A DNA stretch of 32,000 nt from Schaalia meyeri (GTDB lineage Bacteria > Actinomycetota > Actinomycetes > Actinomycetales > Actinomycetaceae): assembly GCF_900105015.1 (NCBI RefSeq), contig NZ_FNLK01000014.1, positions 90,001-122,000 on the forward strand, written 5' to 3'. The stretch's first letter is position 1, and each line of letters opens with the position of its first letter. The notes beneath the pieces were generated by a model. That model saw only the letters and a list, made by a program, of their open reading frames with translations. It did no database searches and was not told the origin of the DNA. The position numbers and the translations under genes were made by a program. Shown here piece after piece: positions 9,555-18,085 of the stretch.

Positions 9555-11008
9555 CCAAGCCCCGCATTGCGGTCGCTGGAATCCACATTGAATCCTCGAC
9601 CTTCACACCCTATATCTCGACCGCTAACGACTTCATCGTCACGCGCGGCGCTCAGCTCATGGAGCGCTTTTACTGGCGGGACGAGGACTGGGCTCGCCAG
9701 ATCGAGTGGATCCCCGTCCTGCACGCCCGCGCCCTGCCCGGCGGGGTCGTTGAGCGCGGCGCATACGAGTCCTGGAAGGCTGAGATCCTTCAGGGACTGG
9801 CGGCGGCGGGCCCCCTCGACGGGTTCTTCTTCGACATTCACGGCGCCATGAGCGTTCAGGGCATGGACGATGCCGAAGGCGATCTCATCAGCGCCATTCG
9901 CGGCGTCATCGGCCCCGACCCCATGGTGAGCGCCTCCATGGACCTGCACGGCAATGTCTCCCAGGATCTCTTCGACGGCTGCGACCTGCTCACCTGCTAC
10001 CGCCTGGCCCCCCACGAGGACGAGCTGGAATCGCGCCGCCGAGCCGCCTACAACCTGGGCAAGCGCCTGCTGGAGGGGGCCCCCAAGCCCGTCAAGGCCC
10101 TCGTGCACGTGCCCGTCCTGCTGCCCGGGGAGAAGACCTCCACCCGCATCGAGCCCGCCAAGTCTCTGTACAAGATGATCGACCCTATCGAAGCAATGGA
10201 CGGCATCGTCGACGCCGCCATCTGGATCGGCTTCGCCTGGGCGGACCAGCCTCGCTGCAAGGGGGCGGTCGTCGTCACCGGCGACGACGCCGTCCTCGTG
10301 AAAGAACAAGCAGAGCGCATCGGCGGCTACTTCTGGGACGTGCGCGAGCGCTTCGAGTTCGTCGCCCCGGTCGCCACCATGGAGGAGTGCCTGGCGGCCG
10401 CCGAGGCCGGGCCCAAGCCCTTCTTCATCTCCGACTCCGGCGATAATCCGGGCGCGGGGGGAGCCGACGACGTGACCGTCGCGCTCGCGGCCCTCCTGGC
10501 GTGGAAGCCCGTGCGGGAGGAGACCCTGGACGTGGTCTACGCCTCGATCATCGACCCCGACGCGGCAGCGACCGCCTGGCGGGCCGGAGTCGGGGCGCAG
10601 ATCGAGACCCAGGTGGGAGGCCACATCGACACCCGCGACCCCGGCCCCATCCGCGTCCACGCCACCGTCGAGGCGCTCGCCGACGACCCCATAGGCGGGC
10701 GAACGGCCCTGCTGCGCACCGGCGGCCTGCGCCTCATCGTCACGACGAACCGCAACCAGTACACGATGTTCAGCCAGTTCGAGCTGCTGGGCGTTGACAT
10801 CGCCGCGGCGGACGTCGTGGTCGTCAAGATCGGCTACCTGGAGCCCGACCTGTACAACACGCAGAAGGGCTGGCTCATGGCCCTGACCCCCGGCGGCGTC
10901 GACCAGGATCTGATTCGGCTGGGGCATGACCAGATCGACCGCCCGATGTATCCCTTCGACCCGGACATGGCCGACCCCGAACTGCGAGCGCAGGTCGTGG
11001 TGCCATGA
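9551..11008 (+). CDS. M81 family metallopeptidase (MlrC-like)
   Basis: The N-terminus RIAVAGIHIESSTFTP is the MlrC/DUF1485-type signature, and the 485-aa length fits. The start overlaps the ROK regulator stop (ATGA). AAGGAG lies 8 nt upstream. Confidence 0.8.
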   Translation: MTKPRIAVAGIHIESSTFTPYISTANDFIVTRGAQLMERFYWRDEDWARQIEWIPVLHARALPGGVVERGAYESWKAEILQGLAAAGPLDGFFFDIHGAMSVQGMDDAEGDLISAIRGVIGPDPMVSASMDLHGNVSQDLFDGCDLLTCYRLAPHEDELESRRRAAYNLGKRLLEGAPKPVKALVHVPVLLPGEKTSTRIEPAKSLYKMIDPIEAMDGIVDAAIWIGFAWADQPRCKGAVVVTGDDAVLVKEQAERIGGYFWDVRERFEFVAPVATMEECLAAAEAGPKPFFISDSGDNPGAGGADDVTVALAALLAWKPVREETLDVVYASIIDPDAAATAWRAGVGAQIETQVGGHIDTRDPGPIRVHATVEALADDPIGGRTALLRTGGLRLIVTTNRNQYTMFSQFELLGVDIAAADVVVVKIGYLEPDLYNTQKGWLMALTPGGVDQDLIRLGHDQIDRPMYPFDPDMADPELRAQVVVP

Positions 11009-11937
11009 GCGCCATCAAGGACTCGCCCGGCCCGGTGTTTGCCGGCATCGACATCGGAGGCACGTCCATCAAGTGGATGATCGTGGACGAGGCCGGCTCC
11101 ATCCTCACCGACGGGAACGAACCCACGAATCGGCAATCCGTTGCCGCCCAGGTCGGTGCCATCGGCCAGCGTCTGGCCCACAGCCACCCGGGACTGGTCG
11201 GGTGCGGCCTGATTTGCCCCGGCCTCGTGGACGAGGGGAGCGGAACCATCGTGTACGCCGCAAACCTCGAGCTTCAGGGAGTCCAGCTGGCGCGCGCGGT
11301 TGAGGAAGCCACGGGCGTGCCCGCCGCCCTCATGCACGATGGGCGTGCCGCCGGCCTGGCCGAGGGCCTTCTCGGAGCCGGCCGCGGTGCCTCCTCCTTC
11401 CTCATGATGCCGATCGGCACGGGCATATCCGTGGCGCTTATGCTCGGCGATAACCTGTGGAGTGGGGCGACCTTCAGCGCCGGCGAGGTCGGGCACGCTC
11501 CCGTGTTCCCCGGCGGGGAATCCTGCCGTTGCGGATCCCGCGGCTGCCTGGAGGTCTACGCATCGGCCAAGGGGATCGCGCGTCGCTACGCGCAGGCGAC
11601 CGGCAACGATATCGGCGCGAAGGCCGTAGAAGACGGGATCGGTTCCGATCCGGTGGCGACTGAGGTATGGGGGACCGCCGTGCGCGCGCTGGCGCTCTCC
11701 CTCACGCACATGACGCTGACCGTTGACGTTGAACGCATCATCATCGGCGGCGGACTGTCTCACGCAGGCGAGCACCTGCTGGCGCCCCTACGTCGAGAAT
11801 TCGCGTCGATGCTGACCTTCCGCGATGCCCCCCAGATCGTCCGTGCCTCCCTGGGGGGATCCGGTGGGCGCTGGGGTGCGGCGATCCTGGCCGCCCAGGT
11901 GGGTGGGTCGACCTGCTACGAGGGGTGGCAGCCGTGA
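11005..11937 (+). CDS. ROK family sugar kinase (no HTH domain)
   Basis: FAGIDIGGTSIKW ATP-binding motif and CRCGSRGCLE ROK zinc motif, 310 aa. ATGA overlap with the M81 gene. Confidence 0.85.
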   Translation: MSAIKDSPGPVFAGIDIGGTSIKWMIVDEAGSILTDGNEPTNRQSVAAQVGAIGQRLAHSHPGLVGCGLICPGLVDEGSGTIVYAANLELQGVQLARAVEEATGVPAALMHDGRAAGLAEGLLGAGRGASSFLMMPIGTGISVALMLGDNLWSGATFSAGEVGHAPVFPGGESCRCGSRGCLEVYASAKGIARRYAQATGNDIGAKAVEDGIGSDPVATEVWGTAVRALALSLTHMTLTVDVERIIIGGGLSHAGEHLLAPLRREFASMLTFRDAPQIVRASLGGSGGRWGAAILAAQVGGSTCYEGWQP

Positions 11938-12647
11938 CGGTCGTGGAGATATGCGTTGAGGATGCCACGGGCACGCACCGGGCCCGCGATGGAGGGGCCG
12001 ACCGCATCGAGATCTGCCAGGACCTGTCCTGCGGGGGGCTGACCCCCGCGTTCGATGAGGTTGCCGCCGCCCTAGAGGTGGCTCCCACCGGTGGCGTTCA
12101 GGTGCTGGTTCGCCCGCGTCCCGGCGACTTCGTGCACACGCGCCAGGAGGTGGACAAGGTCGCCTCCGACATCGCCCGGCTCGCCGAGGCGGGCAGGGGA
12201 GCCTCGGTTCCCCTGGGTTTCGTCATCGGAGTCCTGGCCCCCGGAGGGGTGGTCAACGAGGACGCCTCGATGCGCCTGCGCGACGCCGCCGGAGACGCCC
12301 CGCTGACCTTCCACCGCGCCTTCGATCAGGTCGAGGATCAGGATCGCGGCCTCGACGTCCTGATGGAGTTAGGGTATGACCGCGTCCTGACGACGGGCGG
12401 AGATCCTGCCATCGCCCGGCCCCGGTCCCTGGCGCGCCTGGTGGCCCGGGGCGGAGACGACATCATCATCCTGGCGTCGGGTGGGCTTCGAGCCCACAAT
12501 GTCGCCGAAGTCGTGGCCGCCTCAGGTGCGCGTGAGGTCCACATGCGAGCGCCCGGAGACTGCGGCACCGATCAGGGTGAGGTCGAGCGCATTATCGCTG
12601 CGCTGCACCGACGGAGCGGCGGAGAGCAAGAGAAAACGCTGCGCTGA
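11934..12647 (+). CDS. cutC: CutC family TIM-barrel protein
   Basis: VVEICVEDATGTHRARDGGADRIEICQDLSCGGLTP matches the CutC N-terminal signature. GTG 11934 overlaps the kinase stop (GTGA). The in-frame GTG at 11925 is an alternative start. Confidence 0.8.
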   Translation: MTVVEICVEDATGTHRARDGGADRIEICQDLSCGGLTPAFDEVAAALEVAPTGGVQVLVRPRPGDFVHTRQEVDKVASDIARLAEAGRGASVPLGFVIGVLAPGGVVNEDASMRLRDAAGDAPLTFHRAFDQVEDQDRGLDVLMELGYDRVLTTGGDPAIARPRSLARLVARGGDDIIILASGGLRAHNVAEVVAASGAREVHMRAPGDCGTDQGEVERIIAALHRRSGGEQEKTLR

Positions 12648-12688
12648 TTCGTCTGACAAATCAGCGCCTATGGTGTAAGGTTAACCAC

Positions 12689-13462
12689 ATGAGAATTGGA
12701 ATTTTCAACGACGAAGATCAGATCGCGTCGCTGGCGGCGGACCGCATCGTTCAGGTGTACCGCGCCAAGCCGAACTTCGTGCTCGGCCTGGCCACCGGGT
12801 CGTCGCCTCTCAAGCTCTACGCTGAGCTCGTGCGCCGCTACCAGGCCGGTCAGATCTCCTTTGCACAGGTCCGCTCCTACAACCTCGACGAGTACGTGGG
12901 ATTGCCCCGCGACCACTACGAGGGCTACGCGAACTTCATCCACCGCAACCTCGTCGACCTCGTCGACATGCCCGAGGGGGCGGCCCACGGCCCCGACGGC
13001 TGGTGCGATGACCTCGAGGCCGGCGCGGCCGCCTATGATGCGGCCATCAAGGCCGACGGCGGCATCGACATCCAGGTCCTCGGAATCGGCAGTGACGGCC
13101 ACATCGGCTTTAACGAACCGGGTGGGACGCTCGCGTCGCGGACCCACGTGGGCGTCCTGACCGAGCAGACGCGTCGCGACAACGCCCGCTTTTTCGACGG
13201 CGACATGGGCGCGGTGCCCACCCACTGCGTCACCCAGGGCCTGGGGACCATCATGGATTCGCGTGCCCATGTCTTCATCGCCACCGGCGAGGGCAAGGCC
13301 GACGCCGTCAAGGCTATGATCGAGGGGGGCGTCACCCAGCGCTGGCCCGCCTCCATCCTGCAGCACCACCCGGACGTGACGGTTCTCCTTGACGAGGCCG
13401 CCGCCTCCAAGCTTGAGCTCGCCGACTTCTACAAGGAAGTGTGGGCCAAAGAGCACTTGTGA
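12689..13462 (+). CDS. nagB: Glucosamine-6-phosphate deaminase
   Basis: Carries the GLATGSSP, LDEYVGL and GIGSDGHIGFNEPG motifs. 257 aa. Confidence 0.95.
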   Translation: MRIGIFNDEDQIASLAADRIVQVYRAKPNFVLGLATGSSPLKLYAELVRRYQAGQISFAQVRSYNLDEYVGLPRDHYEGYANFIHRNLVDLVDMPEGAAHGPDGWCDDLEAGAAAYDAAIKADGGIDIQVLGIGSDGHIGFNEPGGTLASRTHVGVLTEQTRRDNARFFDGDMGAVPTHCVTQGLGTIMDSRAHVFIATGEGKADAVKAMIEGGVTQRWPASILQHHPDVTVLLDEAAASKLELADFYKEVWAKEHL

Positions 13463-13473
13463 GATAGGTTCCC

Positions 13474-13528
13474 GCATCACCTGGCCCAGCCTCCTTTGAC
13501 AGGCCGAGGCCAGGTGATGCGCGTTTTT
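13474..13528 (+). terminator. nagB intrinsic terminator
   Basis: GCATCACCTGGCC (13474-13486) pairs perfectly with GGCCAGGTGATGC (13508-13520). It is followed by GCGTTTTTG. Confidence 0.75.
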
Positions 13529-13574
13529 GCTCCCGGCGCACGGACACCACCCCCTTAGCGATGGCGCCGGGACG

Positions 13575-13580
13575 TACAAT
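13575..13580 (+). promoter_or_regulatory. -10 hexamer TACAAT placed for a leaderless transcript of the DUF3039 gene
   Basis: TACAAT ends 6 nt before the A of ATG 13587, and there is no SD sequence in between. Confidence 0.45.
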
Positions 13581-13586
13581 GAGCCC

Positions 13587-13919
13587 ATGCGTAATGCCCT
13601 CGACGAACCCACCGGCCCCGCCGCGCCCTCCGGCCCTTCCACCGCGTCCTCGACCGGCCTGCTCGAGCGGGCCGAGACCCGAGAAGAACGCACCGGAGGC
13701 GACGGTGATCGATTTGCCCACTTCGTGCGCAAGGACAAGGCCAATTCCTCGATGGTGACGGGACAGCCAGTTGTCGCGCTGTGCGGCAAGGTGTGGATTC
13801 CCACCCGCGACGCATCCCAGTATCCGGTGTGCCCCACCTGCAGGGAACTGCGCGACTCAATGGGCAAGAACGGGCGCAACTGGCCCTTCTCCGACGGAGG
13901 AAAGGGTTCCGACAAGTGA
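13587..13919 (+). CDS. DUF3039 domain protein
   Basis: DGDRFAHFVRKDK...VVALCGKVWIPTRDASQYPVCPTCRE is the conserved actinobacterial DUF3039 core. Confidence 0.8.
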   Translation: MRNALDEPTGPAAPSGPSTASSTGLLERAETREERTGGDGDRFAHFVRKDKANSSMVTGQPVVALCGKVWIPTRDASQYPVCPTCRELRDSMGKNGRNWPFSDGGKGSDK

Positions 13920-13924
13920 GCGAG

Positions 13925-15658
13925 ATGACCCGGCGCGCACCCGTTGGTCGGCTGCGCGCCTGGCAGGGCGCTGCCCTGGACCGCTACATGAACGCTTCGC
14001 CGCGCGACTTCCTGGCGGTCGCGACGCCGGGCGCCGGGAAAACTACGTTTGCGCTCACCCTCGCGACGGAGATGCTCGCCCGCGGTATCGTCGACAAGCT
14101 CACCGTCGTGTGCCCCACGGAGCACCTCAAGGGACAGTGGGCCTTCAACGCCGCACGTTTCGGCATTCACATCGACCCCGATTTTACGAACTCCCAGGGC
14201 GCGGCCGGCTCCCACTTCGACGGAGTCGCTATCACCTACGCGCAGGTCGGCTCCAACCCGGCCCTCCACGCGGCGCGCACCCGCGCCTACCGCACCCTCG
14301 TGATCCTCGATGAGATTCATCATGCCGGCGACTCCCTCTCGTGGGGCGACGGGATTCGTGAGGCCTTTACCGACGCCACACGCCGACTGGCCCTGACCGG
14401 AACGCCCTTCCGCTCCGACACCTCGCCGATCCCCTTCGTCACCTACGAGGAGGACTCCGAGGGCATCCGCCGCTCGCGCGCCGACTACACCTACGGCTAT
14501 AGTGACGCCCTCCGGGATGGCGTCGTGCGCCCCGTCCTGTTCATGTCCTACTCGGGGCAGATGGCCTGGCGCACGAACGCCGGCGACGAGGTCAGCGCGC
14601 GCCTGGGTGAACCTCTCACGAAAGACATGATGAAGCAGGCCTGGCGCACCGCGCTGGACCCACAGGGAGAGTGGATTCCCGCGGTCCTGCGCGCGGCGGA
14701 CTTGCGCCTGGAGGAGGTGCGCCGCGCCGTTCCCGACGCGGGAGGACTGGTCATCGCGTCCAACCAGGAACAGGCGCGCGCCTACGCGCGCCACCTGCGC
14801 CTCATCACCGGCCGGGCCCCAACGACCGTCCTGTCCGATGATGCGGACGCCTCCGACCGAATCTCAGAGTTCTCCGACTCGACCGACAAGTGGATGGTCG
14901 CTGTGCGCATGGTGTCCGAGGGCGTCGACGTTCCCCGGCTCGCGGTCGGCGTGTACGCCACGAATGCATCGACGCCGCTGTTCTTTGCCCAGGCCATCGG
15001 GCGCTTTGTGCGCGCCCGCAAGCGCGGTGAGACCGCCACGGTCTTTATCCCTTCCGTCATCCCCCTGCTCACCCTGGCCGGCGACATGGAGGTCGAACGC
15101 GACCATGCGCTGGATCGCCCCAAGCGAGAGGAACCCAGCGAGCAAGACGTGTGGAATCCCGAGGAAGCGATGGTCGCGGCCGCAAACCGCGAAGAGAAGG
15201 CCTCCGCGGACCTGCTGTCGCAGTTCGAAGTCCTGGGGGCCGACGCCGAGTTCGACGGCGTCCTCTTCGACGGAGCCGCGTGGGGGGCAGGAGCCGAGGT
15301 CGGCTCGCAGGAGGAACAGGAGTACCTGGGGATCCCGGGCCTCCTTGACGCCGACCAGGTGACGACGCTGCTGCGCGCACGCCAGGCCGACCAGGTCGCC
15401 GCGCAACGGAGGAGCCGCAGCGCCCAGAAGATGCGCGAGGACAATGCGGGAATCCCCGCTCACAAGCTGCGGGCAGCCAAGCGCAAGGAGCTCCAGCACC
15501 TGGTCTCCACGTGGTCGCGCCGCTCAGGAGAAACCCACGCGACCATCCACTCGCGCCTGCGCTCACGCTGCGGCGGGCCCGAGGTCGCTCAGGCAACGAC
15601 CGAGCAGATCGAGGCGCGCATCGCCCTGCTGCGCGAGTGGTTCGTCGGTCGGCACTGA
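13925..15658 (+). CDS. SF2 DEAD/DEAH-box (DExH) helicase
   Basis: Walker A ATPGAGKT, motif II DEIHH and helicase C-terminal motifs (QAIGRFVR). The alternative in-frame GTG at 13916 overlaps the DUF3039 stop (GTGA). Confidence 0.85.
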   Translation: MTRRAPVGRLRAWQGAALDRYMNASPRDFLAVATPGAGKTTFALTLATEMLARGIVDKLTVVCPTEHLKGQWAFNAARFGIHIDPDFTNSQGAAGSHFDGVAITYAQVGSNPALHAARTRAYRTLVILDEIHHAGDSLSWGDGIREAFTDATRRLALTGTPFRSDTSPIPFVTYEEDSEGIRRSRADYTYGYSDALRDGVVRPVLFMSYSGQMAWRTNAGDEVSARLGEPLTKDMMKQAWRTALDPQGEWIPAVLRAADLRLEEVRRAVPDAGGLVIASNQEQARAYARHLRLITGRAPTTVLSDDADASDRISEFSDSTDKWMVAVRMVSEGVDVPRLAVGVYATNASTPLFFAQAIGRFVRARKRGETATVFIPSVIPLLTLAGDMEVERDHALDRPKREEPSEQDVWNPEEAMVAAANREEKASADLLSQFEVLGADAEFDGVLFDGAAWGAGAEVGSQEEQEYLGIPGLLDADQVTTLLRARQADQVAAQRRSRSAQKMREDNAGIPAHKLRAAKRKELQHLVSTWSRRSGETHATIHSRLRSRCGGPEVAQATTEQIEARIALLREWFVGRH

Positions 15659-15779
15659 ACCGACGCGCGCGGCGCCCGGTCGCGCCCCACGCACAGCGAA
15701 CCCCGGCCCGCTCGATACTCCGGGACCAGGAAGGCCACCGGGATGGGCGAGGCTGGGGCATCCTCACGTCGCGTCGGGC

Positions 15780-17123
15780 TCAGGCGATCTGTTCGTAACG
15801 GGTGGGGATCGCAACGTCGCCCTCGGAGAGACGCCACCCCTGGTAGGGCAACTCGTTGCGGGCGCGCAGGTGGCGCTCCTGGGCGCGGGCCAGGGCTTCC
15901 CCGCTCCAGGCCGCGGAATCGATTACGCCGCCGCGCACGAGCGGGACCTGCAGGGGGCGGGCACCGCGCTCGGCCAGCAGCGCCTGACCCTCCTCAATGG
16001 AGGTTCCAACGAGCAGGAGCTCCTCGGTGGCGTAGCCGTCCTCGCCCATGACGCGTCCGGCAACCTTGCGGCCACCGACCGTGGACTTCGACTCCGACTT
16101 CTTGGCGACGGGCACGATCGCCCCGGAAGCGTCCTCGCGCTGAACGACCTTGTAGACCAGCGCGGCCGTCGGCACGCCCGAGCCCGTCACCAGCTTGGTG
16201 CCCACACCGTAGGAATCGACGGGTGCCGCCCCCAGGGCAGCGATCGCGTACTCGTCCAGGTCTGAGGTCACGGTGATCTTCGTGGAGGTCGCGCCCATCG
16301 CGTCGAGCTGGCCGCGTACCTTGAACGCCTGGGCGACGAGGTCACCGGAATCCAGGCGAACCGCGCCCAACTCGCCGCCAGCAGCGCGCGCGGCCTCGAC
16401 GGCGTTGATGACGCCCTGAGCGATGTCGTAGGTGTCGACCAGGAGCGTTGTGCCTGCTCCCAACAAGGTCACCTGAGAATCGAAAGCGTCCCGCTCGCAG
16501 TCGTGCAGGAGCGTGAACGCGTGGGCGGCCGTGCCGATTACGCGGATCCCGTAGCGCTTTGCGGCCTCCAGGTCGGAGGTGCCCTGGAAGCCGCCGATGA
16601 CGGCGGCGCGCGCGGCGGACACCGCCGCCCGCTCGTGAGCCCGGCGCGCCCCCATATCCATGCAGGGACGGCCGTGAGCGGCGATCGTCATACGCGATGC
16701 CGCCGAGGCAACAGCACAGTCGTGGTTGAGGATCGACAGCAGGAGCGTCTCCAGCAGCGTGCAGTCAGCGAAGCTGCCCTCAACGGTCAGCAGCGGGGAA
16801 CCAGGGAAATAGCACTCGCCCTCTGCGTAACCCCAGATGTCCCCCGTGAAACGCCACGAAGCCAGGAAGGCAGCGGCTTTTGCAGAAATGATCCCCCGGT
16901 CGGTCAACCAGCCGATCTGTTCGGCGTCGAACTGGAAACGTTCCAGCGCCTCGAGGATTCTGCCCGTTCCCGCCACGACACCGAAGCGGCGGGTGGCGGG
17001 CAGGCGTCGCCCGAACAGCTCGAAGGTGCAGCTGCGATGCGCAGTACCGTCCTTCAGGGCGGCGTCGAGCATCGTGAGTTCGTACATGTCGGTCAGCAAT
17101 GATGTGGATAAAGATGCAGGCAT
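15780..17123 (-). CDS. pncB: Nicotinate phosphoribosyltransferase
   Basis: LLTDMYELTM N-terminus and the typical NAPRTase body, 447 aa. Confidence 0.95.
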   Translation of the reverse strand: MPASLSTSLLTDMYELTMLDAALKDGTAHRSCTFELFGRRLPATRRFGVVAGTGRILEALERFQFDAEQIGWLTDRGIISAKAAAFLASWRFTGDIWGYAEGECYFPGSPLLTVEGSFADCTLLETLLLSILNHDCAVASAASRMTIAAHGRPCMDMGARRAHERAAVSAARAAVIGGFQGTSDLEAAKRYGIRVIGTAAHAFTLLHDCERDAFDSQVTLLGAGTTLLVDTYDIAQGVINAVEAARAAGGELGAVRLDSGDLVAQAFKVRGQLDAMGATSTKITVTSDLDEYAIAALGAAPVDSYGVGTKLVTGSGVPTAALVYKVVQREDASGAIVPVAKKSESKSTVGGRKVAGRVMGEDGYATEELLLVGTSIEEGQALLAERGARPLQVPLVRGGVIDSAAWSGEALARAQERHLRARNELPYQGWRLSEGDVAIPTRYEQIA

Positions 17124-17129
17124 ACTGTG

Positions 17130-17135
17130 AGCCTA
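17130..17135 (-). promoter_or_regulatory. -10 hexamer TAGGCT positioned for leaderless pncB
   Basis: The minus strand reads TAGGCT-CACAGT-ATG, so the hexamer ends 6 nt before the start codon with no SD. Confidence 0.4.
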
Positions 17136-17192
17136 CCGTGAGAAGCGTGTCACCGGGGTACGAATTGGCTTCCATGGACGCGCAATTCAACC

Positions 17193-17198
17193 TAGGGT
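17193..17198 (+). promoter_or_regulatory. -10 hexamer TAGGGT positioned for leaderless clpS
   Basis: The sequence reads TAGGGT-TGGCGT-ATG, so the hexamer ends 6 nt before ATG 17205 with no SD. Confidence 0.4.
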
Positions 17199-17204
17199 TG
17201 GCGT

Positions 17205-17492
17205 ATGGCAACGACCCTGCAACCAGCACCCCGCGCGCACGAAGCGACCACCGCCGTGCCGCGCTGGCGCGCTGTCGTGTGGGACGATCCCGTCAATCTC
17301 ATGAGCTACGTGAGCGCCGTCTTTCGCGAGTACTTCGGATACTCGGCCGCGCGCGCGAACGAACTCATGATGAGGGTTCACACCCGCGGGCGCGCCACCG
17401 TTTCCACGGGCGTGCGCGAACGCATCGAGGCCGACGTCATGGCGATGCACTCCTACGGGCTGCGCGCCACCATCGAAGAAGACGGGGACTGA
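17205..17492 (+). CDS. clpS: ATP-dependent Clp protease adaptor ClpS
   Basis: VVWDDPVNLMSYVSAVFREYFGYS...ANELMMRVHTRGRA is the ClpS core. Confidence 0.9.
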   Translation: MATTLQPAPRAHEATTAVPRWRAVVWDDPVNLMSYVSAVFREYFGYSAARANELMMRVHTRGRATVSTGVRERIEADVMAMHSYGLRATIEEDGD

Positions 17493-17496
17493 ACGC

Positions 17497-18069
17497 ATGG
17501 AGGGCTTCGCTCCTCGGGACGGCGGGTACGCCTCGTCGATGAGCAGCGGCGAGGCGCTCCTCCTGCGCCAGCTGGCCAGCGAGGTCCTGGTGGTTCTCGA
17601 CGACCCGGGAGAGTTTGCCGCGACATCGTCCATGGTCAATGCGCTCACGGAGACCGAACAGCGCAGGGAAGCGCCGCGCGAGCGCAGCCTCGGGATGCTG
17701 CTGCCGCCCATGAGCCTGGACAGCGATGACGCCGCACGCATGCGCGCGCTGACGGAGGATTCGCTGCGCACCGACAAGTCGGTTCGCTTAAGGTCCATTA
17801 TCAGCGATCTTGACCACATCGCTCACGGGGACGAGGACACGCTGGTCGTCAGCCCCGAGGCCGTGTGGTCGTGGCTCGGCGCACTGAACGATATCCGCTT
17901 GGGTTTGGCCGGCGAACTGGAGCTATCCGACCAGGCGGATGCGCAACGTATCGAAGCACTGGCCTTGAGCGAGCCGACGGGGGAACGCTCGCAGGTCGTC
18001 GCCGCGATCTACATGCTCGTCACATGGTGGCAAGACTCACTCCTACAAGCTGTGAATAATTCTCACTAA
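17497..18069 (+). CDS. DUF2017 domain protein (ClpS-associated, actinobacterial)
   Basis: The gene starts 4 nt after the clpS stop. It encodes an acidic 190-aa protein ending in the YMLVTWWQDSLL motif, as I recall for DUF2017. Confidence 0.65.
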   Translation: MEGFAPRDGGYASSMSSGEALLLRQLASEVLVVLDDPGEFAATSSMVNALTETEQRREAPRERSLGMLLPPMSLDSDDAARMRALTEDSLRTDKSVRLRSIISDLDHIAHGDEDTLVVSPEAVWSWLGALNDIRLGLAGELELSDQADAQRIEALALSEPTGERSQVVAAIYMLVTWWQDSLLQAVNNSH

Positions 18070-18085
18070 GGCATAAGGTCGAACC

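Noticed and set aside
9425-10927. 500-aa minus-strand ORF opposite the M81 peptidase gene.
   Set aside because: Antisense shadow ORF with no recognisable motifs and G/A/D/V-rich low complexity. The plus-strand gene has the family signature, an RBS and stop-start coupling.
12668-14794. 708-aa ORF on the minus strand, the longest ORF in the track.
   Set aside because: It runs antisense through nagB, the nagB terminator, the DUF3039 gene and the helicase gene, all of which have clear family motifs. Its translation is low-complexity and rich in R/G/A/V. This is a typical high-GC shadow ORF.
17103-17111. Perfect DnaA-box 9-mers (TTATCCACA on the minus strand) at 17103-17111 and again at 26874-26882.
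   Set aside because: Two perfect AT-rich 9-mers are somewhat unexpected in GC-rich DNA. However, they are about 10 kb apart and are single rather than clustered. One lies inside the pncB coding sequence (encoding S-L-S-T), and there is no adjacent dnaA/dnaN gene or AT-rich unwinding element. This is not an origin. A role as isolated DnaA regulatory sites cannot be supported from sequence alone.
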